A stretch of 64,000 nt of DNA from an uncultured Gammaproteobacteria bacterium (GTDB taxonomy: Bacteria; Patescibacteriota; Patescibacteriia; UBA11705; JABHMO01): positions 93,452-157,451 of the forward strand of contig CAZAKN010000002.1 of the NCBI GenBank assembly GCA_964486065.1, written 5' to 3'. Below, piece by piece: positions 20,215 to 29,940 of this stretch (the first letter of the stretch is position 1; the number at the start of each line of letters is the position of its first letter). The notes under the pieces were generated by a model. It saw only the letters and a list, made by a program, of their open reading frames with translations, searched no databases and was not told the DNA's origin. The position numbers were made by a program, and so were the translations under genes.

Positions 20215-20913
20215 ATGGCCGAAAATTTTCAAAGTAAAAAATTGAAAAATATTAAAAATTTGGGAGAATCTTTGCAAGATCTGCGTAAAAAAAAGGGCTA
20301 TTCAGATGGAAAAGCGGCCAAACATTTAAATGTTAATTTAAAATATTTACAAGCCTTGGAAAACTGTGATTATGATAAACTGCCCCCCGACACTTATGTT
20401 CAACAAATCTTAATCAAATACTGCCACTTTCTGGAAATCAACGCCGGCACGGCTATAGCCAAATATCAAAGAGAGAAAAAAAAGTTTGATACGATCAAAC
20501 AAAAAGAATCCGTTAATACTGGTAAAATAAAAAAAATTAACTCTTTCACGAATAAAATTTTGGCGCCCCGAACTTTCAAGTACTTATTGATCGGCTTATT
20601 GATTTGCTTGGTCTTGGGATATTTTCTCTGGGAGATTTACGGTATTATCAGTCCACCGAATTTGATTATTAATCACCCGCGAGAAAACTTCATTTCTCAT
20701 GATCCTGTTGTTGAAATCGCCGGACAAACTGAAAAACACGCTGAAATAAGTATAAATGATCAATTAATATTAGCCGAACAAGATGGCAGTTTCAAGGCTG
20801 AAATTAATTTACAAAAAGGCGTTAATTACATAAAAATTACCAGTCAAAAAAAATACGGTCGAGAAAAATTAATTTATAAACAAATAATCTACGACCCCCT
20901 TGAAGAAAAATAA
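20215..20913 (+). CDS. RodZ-like HTH-domain membrane protein
   Basis: N-terminal HTH-like region, one TM ([19 protein letters not shown]), C-terminal extracytoplasmic domain; sits directly upstream of recA as in Firmicutes rodZ..recA neighbourhoods. Confidence 0.5.
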   Translation: MAENFQSKKLKNIKNLGESLQDLRKKKGYSDGKAAKHLNVNLKYLQALENCDYDKLPPDTYVQQILIKYCHFLEINAGTAIAKYQREKKKFDTIKQKESVNTGKIKKINSFTNKILAPRTFKYLLIGLLICLVLGYFLWEIYGIISPPNLIINHPRENFISHDPVVEIAGQTEKHAEISINDQLILAEQDGSFKAEINLQKGVNYIKITSQKKYGREKLIYKQIIYDPLEEK

Positions 20914-20936
20914 ACGGAAATTTTCCGATTAAAACT

Positions 20937-21947
20937 ATGAGCAAAAAAAATCCAGAGGAGGACAAAAAACAAATGGCGGCGGAGGACGCTTTGAGTCAAA
21001 TTCGTCAAAAATTCGGTGAAGGAGCCATTATGAAATTGGGGGAAGCCAACACCATGAACATTGAAGCTATTCCCACAGGCAGTATTTCTTTAGATATTGC
21101 TTTGGGAGTTGGTGGCGTACCGAGAGGACGCGTAATTGAAATTTACGGACCGGAATCTTCCGGAAAAACCACTCTGTCTCAACACATCGTGGCGGAAGTA
21201 CAAAAAAACGGCGGAACCGCGGCTTTTGTTGACGCAGAACATGCTCTGGATCCGGAATACGCAAAAAAAATCGGTATCAATATTGACCAACTTTTGATTT
21301 CTCAACCCGATACCGGAGAACAAGCTCTGGAAATCGTTGAAACTTTGGTCAGATCAAACGCCATGGATATTATTGTCGTGGATTCGGTGGCGGCCTTAAC
21401 TCCGCGTGCGGAAATTGAAGGTGAAATGGGAGATTCTCACATGGGACTTCAAGCCAGACTAATGAGCCAAGCTTTAAGAAAATTGACCGCCATTATCGGT
21501 AAAACCAGAACCACGGTTATTTTCATAAACCAAACCAGACAAAAAATCGGCGTAATGTTCGGGAATCCCGAAACCACTACCGGAGGCACGGCTTTAAAGT
21601 TTTACAGCTCAGTCAGAATTGAAGTGCGTCGCGCCGCGCAAATAAAAAAAGGTGACATCACTATCGGCAATCGCGTTAAAGTCAAAGTGGTGAAAAACAA
21701 AGTTGCTCCGCCATTTCAAATTTGCGAGTTTGACATCATGTACAATGAAGGTATTTCCGTAGCCGGTGATGTTTTAGACAAAGGCGTGGAATATGAAATT
21801 ATTAAAAAAGCTGGAAATTCATATTCTTATGGTGAAGAAAAAATGGGAGTAGGCAGAGAAAACGCCAAACAATATCTGCGAGAAAATAAAAAGTTGATGA
21901 ATAAAATCAAAAAGGAAATTTGGCAAGAAGCCACTACTATCAGATAA
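20937..21947 (+). CDS. recA: recombinase RecA
   Basis: ..[38 protein letters not shown].. Confidence 0.95.
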   Translation: MSKKNPEEDKKQMAAEDALSQIRQKFGEGAIMKLGEANTMNIEAIPTGSISLDIALGVGGVPRGRVIEIYGPESSGKTTLSQHIVAEVQKNGGTAAFVDAEHALDPEYAKKIGINIDQLLISQPDTGEQALEIVETLVRSNAMDIIVVDSVAALTPRAEIEGEMGDSHMGLQARLMSQALRKLTAIIGKTRTTVIFINQTRQKIGVMFGNPETTTGGTALKFYSSVRIEVRRAAQIKKGDITIGNRVKVKVVKNKVAPPFQICEFDIMYNEGISVAGDVLDKGVEYEIIKKAGNSYSYGEEKMGVGRENAKQYLRENKKLMNKIKKEIWQEATTIR

Positions 21948-21964
21948 TATTATTGTTATATTGA

Positions 21965-21994
21965 AAAAGAGGCTCCAAGATGAGCCTCTTTTAT
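21965..21994 (+). terminator. intrinsic terminator after recA
   Basis: aaaaagaggctc-caagatg-agcctctttt. Confidence 0.75.
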
Positions 21995-22116
21995 TTTTGA
22001 AATTATTTTGACCTGAATAAAGGTTCAAAATGATCCAATTGACCGGCGACTTGATGATTCAAATAGACAGAATCTCGGAACGGCAATTCCGCCAACCAAG
22101 AATTATTAGTATTACT

Positions 22117-22398
22117 CTATGTGGAACAAAATGCTTTAAAATTATCACTAACCGATCTTTTCAGCATAATAATTTCAGACATAAAATAATAAGACGTCAA
22201 ATAGAATACTTCCACCAACGCTTTATATTGCCTCTCCGCAAAAACTCTTTTCAAATAATCAGCCAACATTTTAGCGTTTTTTTCATCATAAATCATATAA
22301 CATATACGCGCATCCTCGCGAGAATAATGATAATTTTTCATCTTTTGAAAATATTCCTCATCACACATTTCGCGTGGAATTTCACATAATACAACCAT
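22117..22398 (-). CDS. hypothetical 93-aa protein, translationally coupled to the upstream HTH gene
   Basis: Start codon 1 nt after the HTH gene stop; no recognisable family. Confidence 0.4.
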   Translation of the reverse strand: MVVLCEIPREMCDEEYFQKMKNYHYSREDARICYMIYDEKNAKMLADYLKRVFAERQYKALVEVFYLTSYYFMSEIIMLKRSVSDNFKAFCST

Positions 22399-22399
22399 T

Positions 22400-22738
22400 T
22401 CAGAAAATTTCAGCCTCGGGTACGGCTTTTATCAAATTAACGGGATATATTTGTTGGCTAATGTCTTCAAGTTTAATGTCACAAGCGTTTTTTTCAAGGT
22501 ACTCAAGCAACAAATTAGCTGTTTCAAAATCCCCCTGTTCATCTAAAAAACTATAAAAACACCTCAAACGCTTTACCGTGAAAAATGAACCATGATTAAT
22601 CGCTCGCGAAACCGCTTGTCTGCTTATGTTAAAAACCGTAGCGATTTCACTCTGAGTCATATTCAAGTGCTTAAAAATTTCACGATCAAATTTTGACATC
22701 GGTTTATCCTCCAAAAAAGCATTATTGATAAAGTGCAT
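22400..22738 (-). CDS. HTH-domain protein (XRE / sigma region-4-like)
   Basis: ..LNMTQSEIATVFNISRQAVSRAINHG..; 112 aa. Confidence 0.5.
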   Translation of the reverse strand: MHFINNAFLEDKPMSKFDREIFKHLNMTQSEIATVFNISRQAVSRAINHGSFFTVKRLRCFYSFLDEQGDFETANLLLEYLEKNACDIKLEDISQQIYPVNLIKAVPEAEIF

Positions 22739-22775
22739 TTTATCTAAAAAATCAAATACCAGTTATTCTGTCAAC

Positions 22776-22808
22776 AAAAAAAGAAAGAGCATTTGCTCTT
22801 TCTTTTTA
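22776..22808 (-). terminator. intrinsic terminator after efp
   Basis: aaaaaagaaagagc-atttg-ctctttcttttt. Confidence 0.75.
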
Positions 22809-22824
22809 TATTTCACTTTTGACA

Positions 22825-23388
22825 TTATTTTTTTACTCTTTCCACATATTGACCGGTCTCGGTGTTAACTTTAACCATATCACCTTGGTTGATGAATAAA
22901 GGAGCGTTGATTACATGTCCGGTTTCCAAAGTAATTTGTTTATTGGCCGTACCCGCGGTATCACCCTTTACTCCGGGAGCGGCTTCGGTTACCAATAAAT
23001 CAACTTTTGTCGGCAATTGCACGGCTACCGGTTTACTTTCAAAATACAATACATCAACATCCGTTCCGTCTTTTAAAAAATTAATCGCTTGGCCAATATT
23101 TTCTTTGTCCAAACTGAATTGCTCATATGTTTCGGAATTCATAAAATGACCTTGATCACCGTCAACATACAAAAAAGTGGCCTTGCCTCTTTCCAAATCA
23201 GCTTCTTCCATTTTATCATTACCTTTAATGGTTTTTTCCAAAACCGATCCGTCAATCAAATTTTTCAATTTTAAATTTTTAATGGATCCACCGCGTCCCA
23301 CTTGTTTTTGCATGGTCCACACGATGGAATAAGGTTCATTGTTCAATTTAACAACCGCGCCCAATTTTACTTGTGAAATGTCTAACAT
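22825..23388 (-). CDS. efp: elongation factor P
   Basis: 187 aa; KOW-like N-domain plus two OB domains; ..GRGGSIKNLKLKNLIDGS.. Confidence 0.9.
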   Translation of the reverse strand: MLDISQVKLGAVVKLNNEPYSIVWTMQKQVGRGGSIKNLKLKNLIDGSVLEKTIKGNDKMEEADLERGKATFLYVDGDQGHFMNSETYEQFSLDKENIGQAINFLKDGTDVDVLYFESKPVAVQLPTKVDLLVTEAAPGVKGDTAGTANKQITLETGHVINAPLFINQGDMVKVNTETGQYVERVKK

Positions 23389-23401
23389 ATTTTTCCATTT
23401 A

Positions 23402-23430
23402 TAAAAGCTCCTCGCAAAGGGGAGCTTTTA
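23402..23430 (-). terminator. intrinsic terminator after rpsR
   Basis: aaaagctcc-tcgcaaagg-ggagctttt. Confidence 0.7.
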
Positions 23431-23439
23431 TTATAAATA

Positions 23440-23664
23440 TTATTTATTGACAAAAGGAATAAACGCCATGATTCTTGCTCTTTTTATTGCCAAAGCGGTT
23501 TTTCTTTGATGCTTGGCGCAGAGCTTACTTCTTTTTCTGGCTCTAATTTTACCGTATGAAGATAAAAATTTTCTCAAAGTCATGGCATCTTTGTAATCAA
23601 CATCCTTTATCCCATTCACGCAAAAATAACATTTCTTTACTTTTTGATTGATACTGGTTCGCAT
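23440..23664 (-). CDS. rpsR: 30S ribosomal protein S18
   Basis: ..KKCYFCVNGIKDVDYKDAMTLRKFLSSYGKIRARKRSKLCAKHQRKTALAIKRAR.. Confidence 0.85.
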   Translation of the reverse strand: MRTSINQKVKKCYFCVNGIKDVDYKDAMTLRKFLSSYGKIRARKRSKLCAKHQRKTALAIKRARIMAFIPFVNK

Positions 23665-23685
23665 ATTTAATATTACTTTAATTTA

Positions 23686-24162
23686 TTAAAACGGAATATT
23701 TTCCACGGTTATATCATCATCATCATCTTTTTTATCTTTCATTTCTCCTCCTTCCGAAGGTAATTCCGTATTGGGCATATTGGAATTCATGCCACTGGCC
23801 ACGGGGGCTCCACCTTGAGATCCCTGTCCGCCTGAACGACTGTCCAACATGATCAAATTATCGGCTACAATTTCGGTTCTTTGTCTTTTTACGCCATCTT
23901 GACCTTCCCATTCTCTGGTCTGCAAACGACCTTCAACAAAAACCTTACTACCCTTTTTGCAATATTGACCGATTATTTCCGCTAATTTTCTCCAAGCTAC
24001 TATATTATGATATTCTACTCTTTCTTGTTTTTGTCCATCAGCGCCCGTCCAAACGAAATTGGTGGCCACGCCGAAAGAAGTAACAGTTGCTCCTTGCGGA
24101 GTATTTCTAACTTCTGGATCTCTGGTCAATCTCCCGATGATTTGTGCTCTATTTAAGTCCAT
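23686..24162 (-). CDS. ssb: single-stranded DNA-binding protein
   Basis: OB fold, Gly/Gln-rich linker, acidic C-terminus ..DDDDITVENIPF. Confidence 0.9.
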   Translation of the reverse strand: MDLNRAQIIGRLTRDPEVRNTPQGATVTSFGVATNFVWTGADGQKQERVEYHNIVAWRKLAEIIGQYCKKGSKVFVEGRLQTREWEGQDGVKRQRTEIVADNLIMLDSRSGGQGSQGGAPVASGMNSNMPNTELPSEGGEMKDKKDDDDDITVENIPF

Positions 24163-24192
24163 AAAACTTTAAGTTATTGATTAGTTGCTTTA

Positions 24193-24849
24193 TTAAAGCA
24201 TATCATCTGTTAAAATTTTATCCAACTTTTCATCCAATTCACTGATGTCAGCATCTTTGCTTTTCTTTACTTCCTCTTCCGATTTTTTGTCCGCGACCTT
24301 TTCTGGCTTATCTTCAGAATCGGTTTGTTTTTCTTTAGCTACTTTTTGTTCAGGAAAACTTTCTTGCTTTGATTCTTCTTGTTCCGCTTCTTCGACTTTT
24401 TCTTCTTTACTTTCAATCAAAGAATCATCGGCCTTTTTCTTTTCTTCTTTTTTCTTAACGCTCAATCCCGCCTCTTCGTCCAATTTTGATAATTCCTCTT
24501 CTTTTTGCTGACGCATTCTTTCTTTAATCCTTGCTTCTTTGTCTAATTCTTCCGGAGTTTTAATTTTTTTCTTGATGATTAAATGGCGTAAAATTTTATC
24601 TTCCAATTTCATTTGAGCATCCAGCTCTTTCATGTTTTCGCCCGCCATGTCAAACTCTAAAACAACATAAGTTCCTTGATGGACATTGTTGATGGGATAA
24701 GCCAATCTTTGAGCTCCCAAAATTTCATCATGAGTAATTTCCCCTCCATTTTCTTTGATTAACTTGACCACACCATCTTGCACTTTTTGCAATTCCCCTT
24801 CCAAGTATTTGATGGGGACGATGTAGCAAAGCTCGTAATGTTGTTGCAT
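24193..24849 (-). CDS. rpsF: 30S ribosomal protein S6 with a long K/E-rich C-terminal extension
   Basis: N-terminal about 95 aa S6 fold (MQQHYELCYIVPIKY..); rpsF-ssb-rpsR operon order. Confidence 0.85.
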   Translation of the reverse strand: MQQHYELCYIVPIKYLEGELQKVQDGVVKLIKENGGEITHDEILGAQRLAYPINNVHQGTYVVLEFDMAGENMKELDAQMKLEDKILRHLIIKKKIKTPEELDKEARIKERMRQQKEEELSKLDEEAGLSVKKKEEKKKADDSLIESKEEKVEEAEQEESKQESFPEQKVAKEKQTDSEDKPEKVADKKSEEEVKKSKDADISELDEKLDKILTDDML

Positions 24850-25120
24850 AATTCTTTAAATCTTTGTAATTCAACGATTTTGACAATTGCTGAATCAATG
24901 GACGAGTTAATTCTAACCCGCAAAGATTTTTATTTATTTAGTGCCAACATATTATCATAAAGTATTAATTTTGGCAATATTTGCGTAATTTTAAACTGAA
25001 AATGAAATTTTAGGATAAAATATAGACACTTATCAAAACTAATGCTATAATTCTTTCAGCTAGTTTAGATAATTAAACTAGCATTTTTTATCTCTAATTA
25101 TTAATAATTTTTTTAACAAT

Positions 25121-26554
25121 ATGGCGGAACTAGGTATTAAAACCGTAATTAAACAAATTTGTGCGGAAAAAAATCTTGACGAAGACGCAGTAGTGGAAAC
25201 AATTAATTCAGCTTTGGCGGCAGCTTATCGTAAAGATTTCGGTGAAAAAAATCAAAATATTCAAGCTGATTTTAATCTGGATACTGGAGAAATCAAAGTT
25301 TTTGATGTAAAAACGGTCGTGGAAGATTTAACCGAAGAAGAATTGGCGGCCATTGAAAAATTAAAACAAGAAAGAGAAGACTTGCGTGAAGCTCTGGAAA
25401 AAGGAGCAATAACTCCTCAGGAATATAAAGAAAAACAAGAAGAACAAAAAGCCGAAGCGGATCAAAAAGAAGCGGAATCTGAAGAAGAAATCCGTAAATT
25501 CAATCCGCGAACGGAAATCCAAATTTCAGAAGCGAAAAAAATCAATAAAAAATACGAACTGGAAGATGAAGTAAAAACCGAACTTGATATCCCCGGAGAA
25601 TTCGGACGCATGGCTGCTCAGACCGCCAAACAAGTAATCATACAAAGATTGCGTGAAGCGGAAAGAAATGTTATCTATCAACAATTCAAAGAGCGCGAAG
25701 GAGAAATTCTTATCGGCATTGTGCAAAAAATTGAAGGACGCAATGTTATCATTGATATTGAAAAAGCTGCCGCTGTCTTACCTCCGCAAGAACAAATCCG
25801 CAACGAAAGATATCGTATCGGCGATAAAGTTAAAGTATATTTGCTGGGTGTTAACATGACCACTCGCGGACCTGAAATAATTGTTTCACGAGCCCATCCG
25901 GAAATCGTAAAACAATTATTCACTTTGGAAATTCCTGAAATTCAAAATGATATTATTGAAATCCAAGGAATCGCCCGCGAAGCGGGATCCCGCACCAAAA
26001 TCGCCGTTCACACCGACGACGAAAGTATTGATCCCATCGGCTCATGTATCGGTCAGCGCGGGGCACGCATTCAAACCATAATTCAAGAATTAAACGGAGA
26101 AAAAATTGATATTATTGAATATGACGAAGATCCCGTGAAATACATTATCAATTCTTTATTACCGGCAAAAATAACTTCCGTGGAAATCAACGAAGAAGAT
26201 AAAACCGCTTCCGTTACCGTCCCGCAAGATCAATTATCTTTAACTATCGGACGCGGAGGACAAAATGTCCGCTTGGCTTCCAAGATAACCGGCTGGAAAC
26301 TTAGTATCAAAGAACAAGAAACCGGAAAAGAAATCAGCGAAGATGAAATAAGTGGCGACAAATCAACTAAAAACAAAGAAGAACAGGAAACCTCTACGAC
26401 AATGGAACAAAAAAATGACACCGACTCTGATAAATCAGAAACAGCCGACAAAGAATCGGAACAAAAAGAGGACGCTAATAAAAAACCGGAAAGTGAAGAT
26501 AAGCCGGAAGAAAAGCCGGCGAAACCCGAAGCAAAAAAAGACGAAAAAAAATAA
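25121..26554 (+). CDS. nusA: transcription termination/antitermination factor NusA (insertion in N-domain, K/E-rich C-tail)
   Basis: N-domain, S1 and two KH domains (..GRGGQNVRLASKITGWKLSIK..). Confidence 0.9.
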   Translation: MAELGIKTVIKQICAEKNLDEDAVVETINSALAAAYRKDFGEKNQNIQADFNLDTGEIKVFDVKTVVEDLTEEELAAIEKLKQEREDLREALEKGAITPQEYKEKQEEQKAEADQKEAESEEEIRKFNPRTEIQISEAKKINKKYELEDEVKTELDIPGEFGRMAAQTAKQVIIQRLREAERNVIYQQFKEREGEILIGIVQKIEGRNVIIDIEKAAAVLPPQEQIRNERYRIGDKVKVYLLGVNMTTRGPEIIVSRAHPEIVKQLFTLEIPEIQNDIIEIQGIAREAGSRTKIAVHTDDESIDPIGSCIGQRGARIQTIIQELNGEKIDIIEYDEDPVKYIINSLLPAKITSVEINEEDKTASVTVPQDQLSLTIGRGGQNVRLASKITGWKLSIKEQETGKEISEDEISGDKSTKNKEEQETSTTMEQKNDTDSDKSETADKESEQKEDANKKPESEDKPEEKPAKPEAKKDEKK

Positions 26555-26570
26555 AACATAAAATTTCACT

Positions 26571-27413
26571 ATGACGGAATTATTCAACACTATATTATTT
26601 GAACCGGTTTTTAATTTATTGATCTGGCTTTACAATGTTCTTCCGGGGAATGATATCGGCCTAGCGATTGTTATTTTAACGGTTATCATAAAAATCATCT
26701 TGTTGCCTTTTGCGGTGCAAGCGATTAAATCGCAAAAAGCCATGCAAGATTTACAGCCGAAATTAACCAAATTAAAAAAGCAATATAAAGATGATAAGGA
26801 AGCGCTGGCGCGTGAAACCATGAATCTTTACAAAGAACAAAAGGTTAATCCCCTTTCTTCTTGTTTGCCGATTTTGATTCAATTACCTTTTTTAATCGCG
26901 GTTTATCAAGCTTTTAGACACGGTTTGGCCTCCACTCACATGGATCAACTGTATTCATTTGTCGCCAATCCAGGGCATGTCAATACTGTTTCCTATAATT
27001 TAATTGATTTGGCCGCGCCCAGCGCCTTATTGGCCGTTTTAGCCGGTTTGGCGCAATATTTGCAAGCAAAACTTCTCCCCAAAGCTAAACCAAAAGTGGA
27101 AAACCCAGGAGCTAATGATGAAAAGATGTTGGCCAATGTCAATACTTCCATGATGTACTTCATGCCCGTTATGACGGTCTTGATCGGCATGCAACTGCCT
27201 GCCGGCTTAACACTTTATTGGTTTATAACCACGCTTTTAACCGCCTTACAACAATTATTCATGTTCAGAAAAAAGAAAAACTCTGATTCAAATAATCCGG
27301 AAATCATCCCCCCGAAAGACAAAGCCGACAAATGGCAGAAAGAAAATTCACCGGCAAATCCCGCTAAAAAAACGGAGGATAAAACTCTGGACGATCAAAA
27401 ACTACTTAAATAG
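26571..27413 (+). CDS. yidC: membrane protein insertase YidC/Oxa1 (short form)
   Basis: ..GLAIVILTVIIKIILLPFAVQAIKSQKAMQDLQPKLTKLKKQYKDDKEALARETMNLYKEQKVNPLSSCLPILIQLPFL.. Confidence 0.85.
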   Translation: MTELFNTILFEPVFNLLIWLYNVLPGNDIGLAIVILTVIIKIILLPFAVQAIKSQKAMQDLQPKLTKLKKQYKDDKEALARETMNLYKEQKVNPLSSCLPILIQLPFLIAVYQAFRHGLASTHMDQLYSFVANPGHVNTVSYNLIDLAAPSALLAVLAGLAQYLQAKLLPKAKPKVENPGANDEKMLANVNTSMMYFMPVMTVLIGMQLPAGLTLYWFITTLLTALQQLFMFRKKKNSDSNNPEIIPPKDKADKWQKENSPANPAKKTEDKTLDDQKLLK

Positions 27414-27414
27414 T

Positions 27415-27720
27415 ATGCGACTCAACCTCCGTGAAATATTAAATTACCGAGTTCAAACCGAATCAGGAGATTGCTTAGGAAAAATTTCGGATATTAAAAT
27501 TGATTTGCAATATCATGAAGTTAAAAATTATTTATCTTCATCAAACGGTCTACTGACAAAAAACAAACGCTTTTTTATCCCCCCCGAGCAAATCATAAAA
27601 TTGGATTATAACCGGAAAATTATGATCGTTAAAGACGCTTTGATAAACAACCGAGAACTGGGCAAAACTCCGAATCCCGCAACCGATTCCGCGCCGGTTT
27701 TAAATTGTCACGGCAAATAA
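27415..27720 (+). CDS. small PRC-barrel-like protein
   Basis: 101 aa; ..SGDCLGKISDIKIDLQYHEV.. resembles the PRC-barrel pattern. Confidence 0.3.
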   Translation: MRLNLREILNYRVQTESGDCLGKISDIKIDLQYHEVKNYLSSSNGLLTKNKRFFIPPEQIIKLDYNRKIMIVKDALINNRELGKTPNPATDSAPVLNCHGK

Positions 27721-27724
27721 ACTT

Positions 27725-28630
27725 ATGAATCAAATCGCCGATGCCCTCATCAAAACTATCAAATATTTTGATTTGTTTAACTATCCTCTCAGCAAATTGG
27801 AGCTTTATGATTATTTATGGCTAAATGAAAAAACAAGCTTTAAGGATTTTTCCGAACAGCTGAATATTTTGCTCACTAATTCCCTTGAAACCGATCAAGG
27901 GTTTTATTATTTAACCGGTAGAAAAGAAATTGTAACCGTAAGAAAACAAAGATACCTTGAATTCAAACGCAAAACCGATGATGCTTGGCCGTATTTAAAA
28001 CTGCTCAGTCGCTTACCTTTCATCAAAGCGATTTTTTTGTGCAACAATTTGGCTTATCAAAATGCCACAGCTTCAAGTGATATTGATTTGGTCATTATAA
28101 CTTCGGCTAATAAACTCTGGACATCTCGTTTCTGGGCGTCGGGAATACTGAAAATGTTGGATAAAAGACCTCGCCCCGGCCAACAAGCAAACACTCTTTG
28201 TTTAAGTTTTTGGGCGGATGAAAACAATCTGAACTTCCAAAGTCTGGCCTACCCTGATGATATTCACTTTATTTATTGGCTTAATCTTTTTCTACCTGTT
28301 TACGATCCTGAGAATTACACCGAAAAACTTTTTCAAGCTAATCTCTGGAGCGGTGAATACTTGGCAAACAGACCGAAACAAGAAACAAATGCCAAATTAA
28401 TCATTGAACATCATTCATCTTTAAAAAGACTATCGCAATTGCTTTTCAGACCCGACTTGGCGGAAAATCTTTTGAAATCTTTTCAATTAAAAATTATGCC
28501 GGATTCCATTAAATTGCCGGCTGAAGAAAAAAATCGTGATGTGGTAATAAAAAACGGTTTACTGAAACTTCATTTAAGAGATAATCGTTTGGAAATCAAA
28601 AATAAATGGCAATATTTATGCAAAAACTGA
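27725..28630 (+). CDS. hypothetical protein with a putative nucleotidyltransferase-fold motif
   Basis: ..NNLAYQNATASSDIDLVIITS.. resembles the pol-beta NTase hG[GS]x(n)DhDh signature; 301 aa. Confidence 0.45.
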   Translation: MNQIADALIKTIKYFDLFNYPLSKLELYDYLWLNEKTSFKDFSEQLNILLTNSLETDQGFYYLTGRKEIVTVRKQRYLEFKRKTDDAWPYLKLLSRLPFIKAIFLCNNLAYQNATASSDIDLVIITSANKLWTSRFWASGILKMLDKRPRPGQQANTLCLSFWADENNLNFQSLAYPDDIHFIYWLNLFLPVYDPENYTEKLFQANLWSGEYLANRPKQETNAKLIIEHHSSLKRLSQLLFRPDLAENLLKSFQLKIMPDSIKLPAEEKNRDVVIKNGLLKLHLRDNRLEIKNKWQYLCKN

Positions 28631-29913
28631 AATCAACAATTCAATGGTTAATTTATTTATTAATTTTTCTAATCCCTTGGCAAACCCGATGGGTTTATGA
28701 AAGCCGAAAATTAAACGGGTATTTCTGGGAATACGGTAGCTCTTCACTTTATGTTACGGAAATTTTGATCGGCTTTATCATGCTTTTATGCATCATTTAC
28801 ACTGTCGGCTTAATTAAAAGTAAAAAACAAAAACCCAAACAAAATTTGCACGCTTGGTTGCTTTTTTTCGCGATCGTGACCGCTTTGGTGTCCAATCTTT
28901 TTGCCGCTCTTAATCCGGCTTTGGCTTGGCTCAAGATTTCACAAATCATTTTAGCGGTCGCTTTGATTTTTTGCATATTATTAATCAAACCGGATCGTAG
29001 CAAAGCGACTTTACTTTTAATCTTGGCCGCCAGCGTTCAAAGCATTTTGGCAATTCAACAATTTGTTACTCAACAAGTTTACGCCAATAAATGGCTGGGA
29101 ATGGCCGCCCAATCACCGGAAAATCTTGGCGTACCCGTGGTGGAAACCGTAGGGGGGCGCTGGTTGCGCGCTTTCGGCTCTCTCCCCCATCCCAATATGT
29201 TGGCGGGGTTTTTGGCTTTGTCCGTTATTCTTATCGTTGGTATGAGCGCTTTGGCAAAACATCCAAAGTGGCAAAAATTTTTACCTCTGGCTTTTTCTCT
29301 AAATTTCATCGGTCTGATGACTACTTTATCGCGCGGTGCGGTAATCAGCTTGGCGATCGGTTTGGTGATTTTTTCTTTTCTGGCAAAAAACAAACAGGAA
29401 CTCTCCCGAAAAATCACCAAATTCAGCTTATTGGCTTTAATAATCTTTATTCTATTCACCATTTCTTTTCCGGGTTTGATCGGACAAAGAGTGTCCGGGC
29501 AAAATCGTCTGGAAAATATTTCCAATCATGAACGATTGTCTCAATACGAAACGGCTTGGCAAATCATCAAAGCTCGTCCTTTGACCGGCGTTGGGTTGGG
29601 CAATTACACTTACGCTTCACATCTGCTGAAACCCGCTTTGCCGGCCTATGCCCACCCCCCTGTTCACAACGCCTATGTTCTTCTTATCGCGGAATTGGGA
29701 TTGCCCGCCATCATGCTCTTGATTTTTTTGATTTTTATTGTAATAAAGTGTTTAATAAAAAAACACCGAGACAGCTTTAAAATTATGTTCTGCTGCGCAG
29801 GGCTCACCTTGGGAATGACAGCGCTTTTTGATCATTATTTATTTAGTTTATGGTTTGGAATCTTAATTGTCGCTGTCATTATCGGTTTTAATTTATTACC
29901 GGAAAAAGAATAA
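28606..29913 (+). CDS. O-antigen ligase (Wzy_C) family polytopic membrane protein
   Basis: About 10 TM segments; ..LSRGAVISLAIGLVIF.. typical of WaaL/PglL-type ligases; the start may be the M at 28618. Confidence 0.7.
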   Translation: MAIFMQKLKSTIQWLIYLLIFLIPWQTRWVYESRKLNGYFWEYGSSSLYVTEILIGFIMLLCIIYTVGLIKSKKQKPKQNLHAWLLFFAIVTALVSNLFAALNPALAWLKISQIILAVALIFCILLIKPDRSKATLLLILAASVQSILAIQQFVTQQVYANKWLGMAAQSPENLGVPVVETVGGRWLRAFGSLPHPNMLAGFLALSVILIVGMSALAKHPKWQKFLPLAFSLNFIGLMTTLSRGAVISLAIGLVIFSFLAKNKQELSRKITKFSLLALIIFILFTISFPGLIGQRVSGQNRLENISNHERLSQYETAWQIIKARPLTGVGLGNYTYASHLLKPALPAYAHPPVHNAYVLLIAELGLPAIMLLIFLIFIVIKCLIKKHRDSFKIMFCCAGLTLGMTALFDHYLFSLWFGILIVAVIIGFNLLPEKE

Positions 29914-29940
29914 ATTTATTCAATTAAAAAAGGCTTACCC

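Noticed and set aside
22030-22389. 119-aa plus-strand ORF overlapping the 93-aa minus-strand gene
   Set aside because: The minus-strand frame is tightly coupled (1-nt spacing) to the upstream HTH gene and has a less biased composition. The plus frame is Ile/Phe/Arg-rich AT-driven noise, and it lies after the recA terminator without a start context.
26352-26561. K-rich 69-aa ORF overlapping the nusA 3' end
   Set aside because: Alternate-frame reading of the AAG/GAA-rich nusA tail.
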